A DNA stretch of 64,000 bases, taken from Marsupella aquatica. Taxonomy: Eukaryota > Plantae > Marchantiophyta. Below, in pieces: positions 1 to 13,422 of the stretch. Position 1 is the first letter of the stretch, and each line of letters starts with the position of its first letter. Location of the stretch: assembly GCA_973895155.1 (NCBI GenBank), contig OZ316898.1:16026330-16090329 (forward strand). Direction: 5' to 3'. Position numbers and translations under genes: made by a program. Under the pieces are notes generated by a model. The model worked only from the letters and a program-made list of their open reading frames with translations, did no database searches and had not been told where the DNA came from.

Positions 1-100
1 GAAGAACACTTTTTAGTTCATTCCATAGCAGGGCACGCTCTCCCGGAGAATTGGGAGCATACGTGCTAATTATGCCAAAAGTTCCTGTTTCATGTTTTAT

Positions 101-1125
101 CAAAGTCAAAGTCAAAGTCAAAGTCAAATTCTAAGCTCCACAATGACCCAATGAGTCAAGGGAGCTGTGGCAAAAAAGCCAAATACAAAGCAAAAAAATG
201 AGTCAAATGCTCATGTGAGGATCTCTACATCCTCACTAATAACAAACTAAGGACCTTAAGAGTCACTAATGTGTAATGCTATCACATCGTTTCCTATCCA
301 CTGCCATGATATACAATCCAAGTTGCTTTGGTGGCAACCTACATAGATCATGCAGATCAGAAAGAAGGATTTGATGTGCTATTTGAACCTCCTCATACCG
401 TCTACATGCTATGAATACATGATATTCATTCTCAATGCTGCCACTATCACAAAGTCTACACACCCTATCCTGCCTCCTAATTCCCTTCCATCTACCCTCC
501 TCTACCTCCAAGTGATGTGAACTGAGTCTATATCTAGCAATCACTTGTCTCAACCTCATAGAAATGGGAGCTCTAAGATACTCTTGTTCTTCATAAAACA
601 TCATGGGGTTTACATCCCTCATAAAATACTGTAATCTAGGGCTAGGATCACTCCAAAGTTTTCTAATAGCTTTATCACGCAAGAGTGACCAAAGCTTCTT
701 TGGTTGAGTATGCCATTCATGCTCAGATAAGTCCCATGATTGGGCCCAGCTACATACATCAGCATACCAACCAAAAGCTCTAGATATGTGAAAGGCTTGC
801 GTAGGTAGCCTAGAATCATTCAACGCCTCCACTCTCCTAGCATATTGAAGAGTGTGATAGAGAGCTTCAACCTCCAATGGTAGAAGACCTACCTCAGCCA
901 ATAACAAGGGGTATGGGGTATGGGGTTTGGGTTTTCACTCCAAGCTCCATCTCCAAGAAAAGCTTTTGGATGGCCTCTACCTTTTTCCAACAAGATTGAG
1001 AAGTAGAAGGGCCCCATACTTGCACCCCATAAAGAATAACAGGCCTTACCAAGGAATTGAAGAGTTGTTTCTTCAACTTCCAAGTGGAAAGGCTTGCTCC
1101 CTTGCACTTCTGAACCATCAATGGA
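101..1125 (-). mobile_element. 5'-truncated RTEX-like LINE (family B): end of RT, C-terminal Cys/His domain, 3' UTR and (TTTGAC)n tail
   Basis: ORFs 894-1121 and 266-907 align to the C-terminus of the intact ORF2 at 37601-40804 (YRLSSHHLEVEEGRW...CRLC...ENEYHVFIAC). (CAAAGT)x4 lies at 101-128, where a minus-strand tail is expected. Confidence 0.85.
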
Positions 1126-1129
1126 GCCA

Positions 1130-3609
1130 GAATAAAAAATGTTCCAGATGGCCCGCACTAGAAGAGCTGATCCTCCTCGCCCCTGCTCCGTGGCTGCAGA
1201 AAAATATTTGTAATCTGGTAAAATAGCACGTAGAGCAACATCAAGGCGAAATTGATCCGCCTTAACCTCCTGCAGAGCTAAAGCATCCAGTGGATACTTC
1301 AGCAATTTAACCCAATTTTTCATAACATGTTTCCTGTTTGGTTCACACAAACCACAAATGTTCCAAGATGCGAGGTGCAAAGGCGGAGACTGCATCTTGA
1401 AAGACTCACGCCTAGAGAACAAATAGTCGTATGAATTAGTGGGGGCCACGGGAGCAACCGAGGGCACTCACCGACCCAGCCTTTCCTTTTTTCCCTTTCT
1501 TGGCAGTCACCGGCGTGAATGCCCCATTAGCATCCATGTTGGAAGAAAGCTCCTGTACCGGGGAGGACGAGGATGAGGGGACAGATTTTTCTAGCACCTC
1601 TTTGGACAATTCAGTTGTATGCTGCAAATCTCCTTTGGCTCTCTTTGAAGAGGTTGCTTGATCCTACAAGGTGGGAGAATCTGAAGAAAAATGATTAGCC
1701 CGTAACTGTTTTATTTCCAGTTTGTTTTTGCCCTTTTTAAACGGAGGAGGTGTCCTGAGCTCCAGCTTCCTTGCCCGATCTTTCTTCATCTGGCTCTTGG
1801 TAATGAATTCTTCATATTCAGACATCTCAACATCAGAATCACCGTGATATGAAAATTGTTCGTTTTCTCCACTATTGGCCAGTGCATTGGAATTGGAGAC
1901 AATTGTATTTCCATTATCACTAGCCAGTTTCTCTGTCCTCTGCTGTTCAAGTGAAACTCCAACCTCAACAGTGTTGTCCTGCTTGATCTCAGGTGATGCA
2001 ATTGATACAATCTTCCCAACCTCCCACTGTGAATCAGCAATGGCCACTGCTAGTCTATCGACAACCGCAGGAGGAGAAACAAGGACCCTATAATCAGATA
2101 AGGGGCCAGCGAGGAGAGGTTGTTTATTCTGGTCTGCATAATAGAAGCATTTTGTCTGTTGAGGTCTGTCTTGTCGCCAACAATTGCCTTCTCATTCGGT
2201 GTGGAGGTAGAGAGGGAATTTTGTCCCTTATTGATAAGAGAGACAACTTCACTAGGTGCGTGTGAGGGTGCAATCACCTAATTTATATCAGCTTCCCTAA
2301 AATTGTCATCAAGGGGTACAGGTGTCTGAGTGCCAGGAGTGTGATTTTCAATGATTGTGGGATTCAGATTACCTATTGTTTGGATTGGATTTTCCGGAGC
2401 CACAGCTCCATGTGGAGTAGGAACGTTTGTTTGTATCTTTGTCCCTTCTGTGTTCTCGTTCACCGTGGGCTTGACAGCACCTAGAGAGGGGCAATTCCTG
2501 GCCAAATGTCCACGTTGACTACATCGGAAACAATGATATGGAATATTTTTGAACACCACCGGCTGCCAAATCACAATATCATTCCTCACCACCACCTTTA
2601 CACTGCGAGGAATTTCTCTCTCCATATCCCACAGGATGCAAACCCTATCATGAGGGTAAGAGCTAGCTTCGTCTCCCTGTATGTAGGTATAAAACTTTCC
2701 CAAACGAAGCTGCAATCATGCCTTTCCTACAGTCTTCAAACACCAGATCCGAAAGGGAATCTCAATCCATACCGGAAGTTTAGTATACATTTCACAACAT
2801 ATATTAAACGATGGATCCCAAGGAAAAGTGTATACGAATTTCCTGTCCATGAACCAAGGAGCAAAAGTAAGAGCTTGATCACGGTGAACAGGATTTTCAA
2901 ACACCACAAGATAAAAGTTCTTCCCAACAAATTTGATTTGTTGCACTGGCCACTGCATTTCGTGGATAAAGGCCTCTTCCACCCACACCCTAAATGCAGG
3001 TAGAAGCGGAGGCCTATCTGTGAAATAACACAGTATGGAGTTTTCATGGAGCTGTTTGACTGATGCAACAGCCTCTTCGATCGGCCATTCAAAAGTAGTG
3101 TGTAATTGTGATGACCAGTCACCAGTGGAATGTGAAGCAATAGCTTGAAGTAGTTTGATGCACTCTGGAGAAATCATCTCTTCATCCCCCTTTTTGTACG
3201 ATCCCTCCTCTGTGCGAGCACCATCACCTTGTTCTTGTGCAACTCCGTGATTCTGTTCATAGTCCATTCTATCTTCCCAGAGAGGATTTCTCCTGGAGTA
3301 GAAAGAAATGTTGTTGGCCTGGTTCTGACTTCGAGTAGATTTATCGAAGAGATCAAACGGCTCTTGTTGATTCCCATTACCTGCTCTAACATCTTGATGC
3401 GAGAAGCTCTTGCTACCGTAGTTCAGTTGCCCTGTCCTTCCTCCTCTAGAATTCCAATTGCTTTTGCCACCGTAATACGGGGAGGCCCCTGAATTCAATC
3501 CCGAGTGACCACGACCGGAAAATCCACGAGGGTGTACATTTTCCCTAGTTCCACCTCCTGATTGATTCCCGTATCCACTAGCCGTTCCTGAATCTTCGCC
3601 AATCTCCAT
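1130..3609 (-). pseudogene. Plant L1-clade LINE, 5' part: ORF1 (DUF4283-like region plus zinc knuckle, premature stops) and start of the ORF2 AP endonuclease
   Basis: ORF1 motifs KNFYLVVF/APWFMDRKFVYTFPWDPSF/LPVWIEIP and CFRCSQRGHLARNC. APE start LASWNICGL...LALQE at ~1395-1270, cut off at ~1130 by the RTEX-B fragment. Confidence 0.85.
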
Positions 3610-5256
3610 TTCAGATACCTGTCTAACAAGACTAGTTGTAATCGCGTTCTATCTACTTGGATTGTAACAAGTGCTCAATAGTTTAGTATCTACCTTCAGC
3701 TGCGCCAAAATTTGTGAGTCACTCCATGTTAATCCTCATCCAATTCTATCAACGAGTACTTCCGTCATCTCTATAGAACTGTGCCCTTAAGCAGGGCAAA
3801 GCTTGATCAGGCTAAAAACCCCTCAACATATAGGACAGTGCCCAAAACACTCAACGCAACAAACTCAATTCCGAAGTAACCAAAATGCGCAGAACAATCC
3901 GCCGACGCTAGAATCTTAATGCCATCGCCAATCCCTAAACAAAACTACCATCGTTCTCACAAAACCCCCCGAAAAACCCCAAGCACCATCGCAAAGATTG
4001 TCCAACAACCGCCACCCCAAAACCTCCACACGTGTGCTCCATCTCAGTACTCTCAGTTCCTCCTAAAGCGTCATCGTGATCCTCTGTGCTCTTTGGAACT
4101 CTGCACAAGTATTAATTCTCTTTAGTTTTTGCTGTTGGAGTATCGCTGGCTGCTTCACCTCTATTGGTGCTGCCGCTGTGCTCTTCTCCTCTTACTTCAT
4201 TACTCCTGGGACATGCTTTTCTCTCAAGCTTCTGCTGTTGAGAGTTTTTTCCTGGCCTTGGGTCTTTTTTTATTTCCTTTCCTGGTCTTTTGGCCCTTGC
4301 CTGTTTCTCCTTGACCGTGGGGTTTACGCGGTTATATTTTAAAATTAAAAAGTTTTAAAGAAGTTATTCATAGACTTGGTGTGGTGCGTCCCATGGCTCC
4401 CCAAACCCAAGAAAACCCCCTTGCTCAAGCCGATTCCCGCAGGTTTCATCCTAGGCGAGGCCGTTTCCGCGGCTTAGCGGCATGGGACGCTGCTAACTCT
4501 CCTTCTACTACTATTAACATTTTACACACATATACTGGACAGATCCTTCATCGGGTCATGAGATACTTAGCCGGCCTATTCTAGGCCTTCCCTTGTATTC
4601 CTCTCCTGGTCTTCCATTAGGTATGTTTGGATTCCGCTGCCGGAATGATCCCCAATTGGCTTGGTTAAGCAGCTAAGACCTCTCTCAGCTCGACACATCC
4701 AACTCTCACTCCCTTGCTACTTCCCTTCATTGATGTGGGCACTCTTCACACAAGTTAATGCGACACACAAATAGCAAAATGACTCATTCTGACTGAGTTA
4801 TACCATGCACTTGCCATACAAACAGTACATCTCATACACAAACTCTGCGAACTAAGCCGTGAGGCCAACTCTATTCAGTTCTTAGGCATGAGGAAACATG
4901 AATATACACAAGGGTCACTGTATAACTAACCGAGAGCTTCTCTTACTACTTGATCCCAGCCCTGCTGGTGCAACTAAAAACTTGCTAAAGAAGAGGCCCT
5001 GGACTCCCCGCTGCCCAGGTATTTATCCTGGCAGCGGATCTGTCCAGAACTTCGCTGCGTAAGCTTAATCTATCCTACCTGTAATCTACCTAATTGTACA
5101 GCGAGGCAGGAGCACAAGTGTTGTTCCTACCAGTAGATCCGCCATCCCACTAATCTAAGTGTCAGGGCCGTCCCCTGGTCTTGATCATAATCCTAAACTT
5201 GGAGATCTGAGCCCGCCCTGCCCACTCACGCCTCCTACCTCCACATCCGCCCTTCC

Positions 5257-8200
5257 TTAAAGGAACGACACCCTTGCACCGTCACGACACCGGTGGCAGA
5301 TCCTCAATGGACGCCCCAACGCTTCCCCCGCAGCCACTGCCATCGGTCCATCCTCTGACAGATTACCTGCCCCGGACTGAGTCAACTCTTCATCGGCTTG
5401 ACTGGGTCCACCCTCGGCTTTGGCCTCAGCATCGGTCACGGCCTTCAATACGGCTTCGGCCTCCCCGTCATGTTTTAGTGGAGGATCCGGTACCTCGGCT
5501 TCATCAATAGCTGTCCCGACCTCGGCCTTGCCATCCCCATCTTCTTCAACAGGTGGATCTACTGCCGTGACCATGCCGGAGGTTGGTGCCGGGTTGACCT
5601 CCTGGGTCACAACGGCTTGGTAAGCCTATAACTCCCAGACCCAAAAGGTTTCTGCTTCTTCTTCTTCCCTGTTTCGGTAGCTGGTCCCTTCCCCTTGCTA
5701 CCTACCTCCGGCACCGGGGCGTGTGTCTCGGCTTGTCTTTTGGCCAGTACCCCTCTTGATAATGGAGTTCCCACAATTGGAGTTGGACCAGATGAAGCTA
5801 AGCACTTAAATACTACGGCCTGTTTCTTTAGCCGCTCCGTTTGGTTGTCGGCCCGCCGCTGTAAGTTCTCCATCTTCCTGGTGGTTTCCTCCAACTCCTC
5901 CTGGGCTTCCTTCAGGTCCTTCCGTCCCTCCTGCAACTCCTTTCTGGCTTCCTCCAATTCCAATTTTAAGGTAGCCCTCTCCTCCTGGGTTGCTCTTAGC
6001 TCCTTGTCAAGCTCCGCTACGACCTCAGACTCCATCTTATTCATCTTGGCATAAGTCTGGTCGAGCTAGTCGTCCTTCTCACGCAGGTCGGCCTTGAAGC
6101 TGGCCGTCAGGGATGCAAGCTCCTCCTGCAGCGCAATAATCCCTTGATAGGATTTCCCTAACTCGGCCTCCTTCTGCTCAAGGACTCTGCGGACATCCTC
6201 GAGCTCTCCTTTCAACGCCCTCTCCTTTCTCTGAGTCTCCGCCATGGCCCGGTTGTTGGCGATTATGTGGGCCTCCTCTGCGTCCCTCAGCTCCTGCTTC
6301 CACTTTTCCCTGTCCTTGACCGCGCCGGCCAACTCTCCTTGGGTCCGAGTCAGTTTATCTTTGATAATCTGATTGCCAGACTGTGCGGCATCCAATTGTC
6401 CTTGCATGATGTTTAGCTCATGCCGCTTAATCCGTAGCTCATCTTGGGCTTTCTTGGCCGCCTACAGGTCTTCCACCTCGGCTTCCATCTCCCTAAGCCG
6501 CCGAATGACCTTGTCCTTCTTGCTTCTCTCCAAAGCCACCGCTTCTTCTAATCGGTGCTTCTCCAACATCTCCCTCTAGAAAAAAGGTCCCTGCTCCAAC
6601 TCCTCCCCAAAGATGTTGAGCGGCAGGTCCCCACACATCTCCCCGTACTCCATGGCTCTATCTTTAGCATAGGTGGAGTAAGTAGAAGTCATCGGCATCA
6701 ACCACCTTGGCCTCTGTTCCCAAGCCGCCTTGGAGATTTCTTCTACGGTGGCAAGAGGGTTGCTTCTTTTTTTGGCAAGCCGCCTGATGTCCTCCGGCCA
6801 ATCTCCTCCTGGTAAATCTTTCTCCCTAGCCAGGGCTGCTTTCTCTTCCTCCCTAAGTCGCTCTTGAAAATCTTGTGCCGTGTACTTTATGTCGTCAAAG
6901 CTCGAGGGAGCAACCTCTGGTGGGGGAGACTCGGGGCTACTCTGCTGGGTGGGGTCCCCTTGAACTACTCTTGGAAGCGTGGGGATAAACCGGCCACAGG
7001 TCCTTACTCCTGGAACATGATGATCCGACCCATAGCCGGAGTTATCATTGTTGTAGTCCTCCACCGCCTCCTCCACTGCTCTCGGGGGTCTCACTATATG
7101 GATGCCTCCCCATCACCTGCGATGTTTTTAGGCTTCGGACCCCCTAAAATGTAAGAAAAAAATTATTTTTTTGACCCCTATAAAGTTGGAATATTCTTGG
7201 AATATTCTAAAATTTTGGTTATAAGGACCCTAATGTTCTTATAAGTCCCAAAATTGGATTTAAAAGACCCTATTGTTCTTCTCAGAAAATTCTTAAGTCT
7301 TCCCTTCGAACCAATAAAATGACCCTATACTTCATCGCACGTGATATGTCATTTTTGTGGAAGTGAAACCCCCGAGCCACTGCTTGGACTCCCGACTTCC
7401 CCCTCTGTTCCCCTGGTCCTGCCGTGAAAATGGCCTACAGATCACGGGCTCTTGTTCCTCCTCTGGTTTCTAGGCTGTCCTCTCCCTCTACTTTCCGCGG
7501 GAAGGAGCCTTAGGCTGCTCTGCCTCCGATTCGGGGCTTGAGGTTCCCACATACATTCGAACTCCCGGCTTGTGTTCCGGTCTCCTTCTCTCCTTGGCTC
7601 CGATAAAGGGGTTTTCCCTCCTGAGTCGGCTTAGGCCGGCCTCTGGGGCAGTGTCCTGTACCGGTGCCATTGCCGTTGCCGGTGCCGTTCTCTCCTTCTC
7701 CAGCAATTTCAGCAGGTTCTGCATGCCTGATTGTTGCATCGGCAAGTCTTCTTTCCTTGGCCGAAACACCTGCTTGATCGTAGGACTGGCAGGCTGGTTG
7801 GGCTCTTCTGTTGCCGGCCTCTGCTCCGGAACCTCCTCCGGTGCCCTTGCCGATAGGGGAAGTACTGGGGCAAAGATTTGATTTCTGGCATACCGGCACA
7901 ACAGCGGCATGTGATAGCCAAGCCGGGACACGCTTCCCACGCCGATCACCTGCTGTTCCTCCTTGAAGATCTTCTTCAGTTGGTTGAGGAGGTACCCGTT
8001 GTAATCCCGGTTAGGTTTGGCCTTTCTGCCAGGTAGACCTAAGCCTTGCCGATCTCTGCCCTCGGCAAGTTACAATGCATGGTCACCCACAAGAAATCGA
8101 TCATCTCTCCGATGTGCGGGTTGGTGCAGGTGTTCCGGAAGAAGCCATTCTTCATTGATGGTCCTGGGAACGATCGGAACTCCTTGTCAGGTAAGGTCTT

Positions 8201-9284
8201 CCTGGTATCAGCCTTGGTCTTATTACCCATCGGCAAGCCAAACACCTCGGCAATCATCCGGGGAGTGAGATAGAAATCCTTCCCATACACCCTCGTGGAA
8301 TTGGTCTCGGGTTCCCATGATCCCACGAATTCTAATAAGTCTGAGTCCGGCACCTCTGGCTTCAGCCATGGTAATCTTACGAAGGCTTCCAAGCCGGATC
8401 CGGCCATGAAGCCTTGGTACTTCTTGGTCTGCATGGCCGTAAAGCATGCATCCTCCTCCCGTGCAAAATGTAATTGCACTTCCTCTGGTAGGGTCGCCGC
8501 CCAACCTTTCCAGGTGTCATCCTTTGTTGGAATGGCATTGATGGGATCGACCTCCTCCTCTTTGGCTTCTCCTTGCCTCCTGTTCTGCTGCTTTGCTGGC
8601 TTCCTTGGTGCCGCCGACCTCGTTCTTTTTGCCGGGGTGGCCTCTTTGTTGTTGTTTCCTTTCCTCTTCATCTCGGCTGCCGTGGATGTTTCTCCTAGCA
8701 CAGTTGCCTTTGTCCACCCCTCCGTGCTACCCTTCAACTCCCAGTGCGCGTCATTGCAGCGGTTGATGGCTTCCCGAATGCCGACGATTCTGTCTTCGCA
8801 AAACAGAAGGTCATCGAGCTGATTGGCAGTAGGATTCCACAAGAACTCGGCCTTGATGAGTTCTCCTCCTAAGAAGGCAGACTTCTGCAGCTCCCATAGT
8901 CGAGCGAGCTCCTGCCGTTCTCGAGCTGCTCTCTCTAATTCTTCATCCTCGTAAGTCCTAATGTACTCAGTTGCCCGTTGAACAGGCATCCCCAAAAATG
9001 TGCCGCTTGATTGACGTTGCTCATACCCTCCTTGACTCGATCATTGGTATGTGCTCCCGCCCAGAGTGCTTGCCTAAGCAGTTGACAGTAGTTGGCCTTC
9101 CGTAGTCGTCTGCCCAATTTGTGCTTGCAAATGAGCCACCATTCCTCGCAAGCTGTCCTTACCCCTCTCCTCCTCTAGTCTTCCTACCGTTGGTTACCCC
9201 TAGTCGCCGATGCTTAGCGCACCCTAACTCTAATCGTGTTCTCTCCCCCGACGTTCTTACCTCCGGCCTCGGCCCGGGTTCCAT
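5257..9284 (-). pseudogene. Disrupted copy of the ~1,200-aa PMD-like/coiled-coil ORF
   Basis: Fragments 8039-8995, 7488-7949, 6576-7094, 6066-6407, 5607-6044 and 5257-5610 match the protein at 43299-46906 in order. Broken by stops, frameshifts and a MITE. Confidence 0.85.
7081..7376. mobile_element. 296-bp MITE with 8-bp TSD (hAT-like by TSD length)
   Basis: TIRs CTCGGGGGTCTCACT / AGTGAAACCCCCGAG (1 mismatch). TSD CCACTGCT at 7073-7080 and 7377-7384. Absent from the homologous position in copy B. Confidence 0.9.
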
Positions 9285-9400
9285 AGTCACCCTTAATTGT
9301 TTATATTTCCTTGTTTTTTGTTACTATACTCATGTGTTTATAGGGTACACCTCTGTTTTCCCCACTTAACTGGCCTAGTGATTCCTGGCTAGGCATCACA

Positions 9401-12400
9401 GTCACAGTGGCATCCCAAACAACGCACGAATGGCAAGAAACAAAGTAAATCTAGGAAAAGATTTGCTTCAAGGGGGAAGTCCCAGGAGAGAAAGCTAGTA
9501 GTCTACTAGAAGTGTCACAAAGTTGGTCACGTTAAGAGGGATTGTAAGGGTAAGGCAGTTGAATCTTCATCAGCCAATGTGGCTAGTGCTGATGGAGAAG
9601 TTGATTTACTCAATGATGAGTATGTTTTATAAAGTCAGGAGTATGCCCCGTGCACATCATCTAGGAGAGCAAATGATGTGTGGATTCTTGACTGTGCTTG
9701 CTCCTTTCACATTTGTTACATTTGCGAGTATTTCAATTCTTATTCTATGTCAAACGGTTCAGTTTTGATAGAAAATGATCACTCCTGTCGAGTTGAGGGT
9801 ATTGGGACTGTAAAAATTCAAATGTTTGATGGCATTGTGCGCACAGTGTCTGGAGTCAGGTTTGTACCTGGCATGCGTAAGAATTTGATTTCACTTGGTG
9901 TGTTGGATACAAATGGTCATCAATGACGAGTAATTGATGGTGAACTTCAAGTCATGTCAAGAGAGACAGTGATTTTGAAGGGGAGCAGACAGAAGAATTT
10001 GTATGTGCTGCAGGGCAATACAATATGTGGAGAAGCCAATGTAACCAAGTCTCACGAGAAAATGACTCAACTGTGGCACTCACGGCTAGGCCACATGAGT
10101 GAGAAGGGTTTGGCAATCTTGCGGAAGAATGGGCTCATTTCTTGTTTACAGTCTTGTAAATTGGATTTCTGTGAGCATTGCATTTTTGGAAAGCAGCATC
10201 GTTGTGCTTTTGGTGTTGGAACTCATCATTCCATTTGAGCAGTTCTTGAGTACATACATAGTGACGTGTGGGGACCATCCCCGACTCCCTCACATTCTGG
10301 AAAATTATACTATGTATCCTTTATTGACGATTACTCGAGATTTGTATAGATTTATTTCATGACGCATAAGTCTGATGTCTTGTCCATTTTTACAAAGTGG
10401 AAGGCCCAAGTGGAGAATCAGACGGGAAACACGGTTAAGTGTTTGGATACCAGGGTGAAGAGTCTAAGGTTAGACAACGGCGGGGAGTACACTTCATTAG
10501 AATTTGAAGAGTACTATGCAGAACAGGGGATTACTCGTCATCTCACCATAGTTTATACTCCACAGCAGAATGGTGTCGCTGAGAAGCTCAATCGAACACT
10601 ATTGGAGCGGTCATGGAGTATGCTGAGCCAATCAGGTTTACCACAAGAATTTTGGGCAAAAGCTGTCAATACCGTAGCTTATTTGGTAAATCTTTCTCCT
10701 TCTAGTGCAATCAATTTCAAAACGTCATTTGAAATGCGTTATAAGCGGCAAGCAGACTATCATGGCTTGGTAGTTTTTGGAAGTGATGCATATGCTCTCA
10801 CACCAAAGCAGAATAGGACCAAGTTGGATCCTACCTCCAAGAAATATATTTTTCTTGGGTATCAGAGTGGTGTGAAGGCCTACAGGCTATGGGATCCTAT
10901 TGCCTGTAAGCTCGTTGTCAGTAGGGATGTTTCCTTCAATGAATCTAGATTATTGAAGGAGGGGGAGAATACTCAGGTCTCCCGTACTGACAAAGGAAAA
11001 TCTCCTATCCCGGATCTCGTTGAGGGGGAGATTGATCATGAAGTGCATGATCGGAAAGAATGAGGTGCTCCAAGCATGGAGCTGGTTCCTATGCCAGAGG
11101 AACAAGAGGAGTTTATTGATGCTGGTGAGCAGCAAGTGGATGCTGCTGAGCTTCAAATTGTACCAGTAGACGCAATTCAACCGAAGTCATCGGCTAGAAG
11201 AACATTTGGTCGCACTGTACGTGCTCCTCCTAGGTATGGACAGTGGGTTGATTCATCTCAATTGCAAGAGGACAATTTTGTAGCTAATGATGAGGGTGAT
11301 GCGTTGGTTTTGGAAGAAGGGGAACCTTCTTCATTTCATGAGGCAAGTGCTTCGAAGGAGAAGCAAGAGTGGACTGCAACAATGCAAACGGAGATGCAGT
11401 CACTGAAGGATAACAAAACTTGGGAGCTTGTTAAGCTGCCTAAGGGTCAGCAAGTGGTGGACAGTAAGTGGATATACAAGCTGAAGGATCAGTCTACGGG
11501 AGGTGGATCGAAGGTCTACAAGGCTAGGTTGGTAGCCAAGGGATTCACACAGGAAAAAGGTGTGGATTATAATGAGGTCTTCTCACCAGTTGCTAAGTAC
11601 TCAACAATATGGCTATTGTGTGTGCTTGTTGTAATATTTGGTCTGCTGCTAGATCAGATGGATGTTGTCACAACTTTCCTCTATGGCACCTTGGAAGAGG
11701 TGATCTTCATGAGATAGCAGCTAGGTTTTGTGAAGAGAGGACAGGAGAAACTGGTTTGCAGATTGCTGAAATCCTTGTATGGGTTGAAGCAGTCACCAAG
11801 ACAATGGAATAAATGGTTTGACGATTGGATTCGGTCACAAGGTTTTCACAGGAGTGTGTTTGACCCTTGTGTATATTTGAAACCGGTGAAGAATGTTGTC
11901 TTTGGATTCATTGTTTTAGTACTTTATGTGGATGACATGTTTATTGTGGCCAAGAATAGGTCTGAGATTGTTAAGCTTAAGACACTACTCAGTGCAAAGT
12001 TTAAGATGAAGGACCTAGGGCAAGCTAAGAGGATTTTGGGTATGGAGATCACTAGGGACTTCGAGGCTGGTAAACTTACTATGGTTGACACAGAGCAACT
12101 ATGCGAGGAAGGTAATTGCTAGGTTCAACATGGGGGATAGTAAGCCATTAAGTACCCCTTTGGCTGCACACTTCAAATTGTCATCAGCTTTTTGTCCCAC
12201 AGATGCGATAGAGAAGGGGCTGATGTCAAAGGTTCCTTATGATAAGGCAGTGGGAAGTCTCATGTATTTGATGACTTGCACTAGACCAAATCTTGCCATG
12301 GCTATGGGCAAAGTGAGTAGGTACATGTCGAATCCAGGGAAGTTACACTGGGAAGCAATGAAGTGGATTATCAGGTACTTGAAGGGTACCATGGATCGTG

Positions 12401-13422
12401 GTCTTTTATTTGATGCAAATGCAAAGAATGCAAGATCATTGATTGGCTATGTAAATTTTGACTATGGACAAGATCTGGACCGAAGGAGATCAACAACAGG
12501 GTACGTGTTCACACTTGGCGGTGGATGCATAAGTTGGAGGTCTACTTTGCAGAAGCGGAGTGTGTTGCAACAGCGAAAGTAGCAAAGGAAGCGATTTGGT
12601 TGGATAGACTTATCACTGAAATGGGATTGCCACAGGGGAATGTGAAGCTCCATTGTGATAGTCAAAGTGCGCTCCACCTTGCTGTGAACTAGATGATGGA
12701 CAATAGAGTGAAGCACATAGATGTCAGGTACCATTTTATCAGGCAGGCTGTGTCTGATAATTTATTTGAGCTAGTCAAGATAGACGGTAAACTTAACCCA
12801 ACTGATGTATTTACCAAAGTGATTCCTTCGGAAAGTTTCTATAGACATCGTGATGTGCTGCAGGTTTTACAATTGCGTCACAAGTAAGGGTTTTTCTTAA
12901 CATTCGCTGTAATTACTGATATATGCTCTTCTTCACTTCTAGTAATAGGCTACGGCTTAGTTCTGGTTTGCTCTAGTTAGAGAGGGGAAACCATGTTGGT
13001 TTTCATCCAGAACTTCCTGCTGAGGAATCATATAGGTTAGAAATATTACCTTCCCCTAGACCAGAGTCAAGGGGGATATTGTTAGATATTTACTCAAGGT
13101 CTAGGGTTACGACATGGAACCATAGTTAGACTAACTATAGTCGGAGACGTGGTTAGGTTAACTAGGATGCACACTATATGCCAAGCGGTGTTTGCTTGGA
13201 TAAGTGGAACTTAGGCTCATTGTTATGGAGCCACTTGAGAGATGAGGAGAGCTTACACTGTGGAGACTTGGTATGGCCGACGGGCTTAGAGTTTAGTAAA
13301 ACTCTCTTGTGTGTTCTCGTAAACGTAGCCTCAAGGAGGTGAACCACGTATCTCTTGTGTCGACTACTTGCGCAGTGGATGTGTCATGTGCTTACCGTTA
13401 CGAGTGTCATCTATGCTCAACA
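9401..13422 (+). mobile_element. Ty1/Copia LTR retrotransposon, 5'-truncated and degenerate (gag knuckle, PR, INT, RT, RNase H, PPT, 3' LTR)
   Basis: KCHKVGHVKRDC knuckle at ~9510. WILDCACSFH protease. LWHSRLGH...CEHC. LRLDNGGEY/TPQQNGVAE integrase. YKARLVAKG, LYGLKQSPRQW, LYVDDM RT. RRSTTGY/KHIDVRYHF RNase H. Many stops and frameshifts. Confidence 0.95.
13080..13422 (+). repeat. Copia 3' LTR (343 bp)
   Basis: TGTT...AACA termini, preceded by the purine tract AAGGGGGA. LINE sequence resumes at 13423. Confidence 0.85.

Larger units (their letters stand above)
4380..9400 (-). mobile_element. Giant ORF-containing LTR-like unit, copy A (complete termini, non-matching flanks)
   Basis: Begins TGTGGTGC and ends GCATCACA. 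Collinear with 42383-47021. Flanking 5-mers CTTGG and GTCAC differ. Confidence 0.85.

Noticed and set aside
889-1467. 192-aa ORF as one gene (likewise 18975-19694, 19590-20561 and 35947-36570)
   Set aside because: Chimeric frames that run across junctions between different element pieces.
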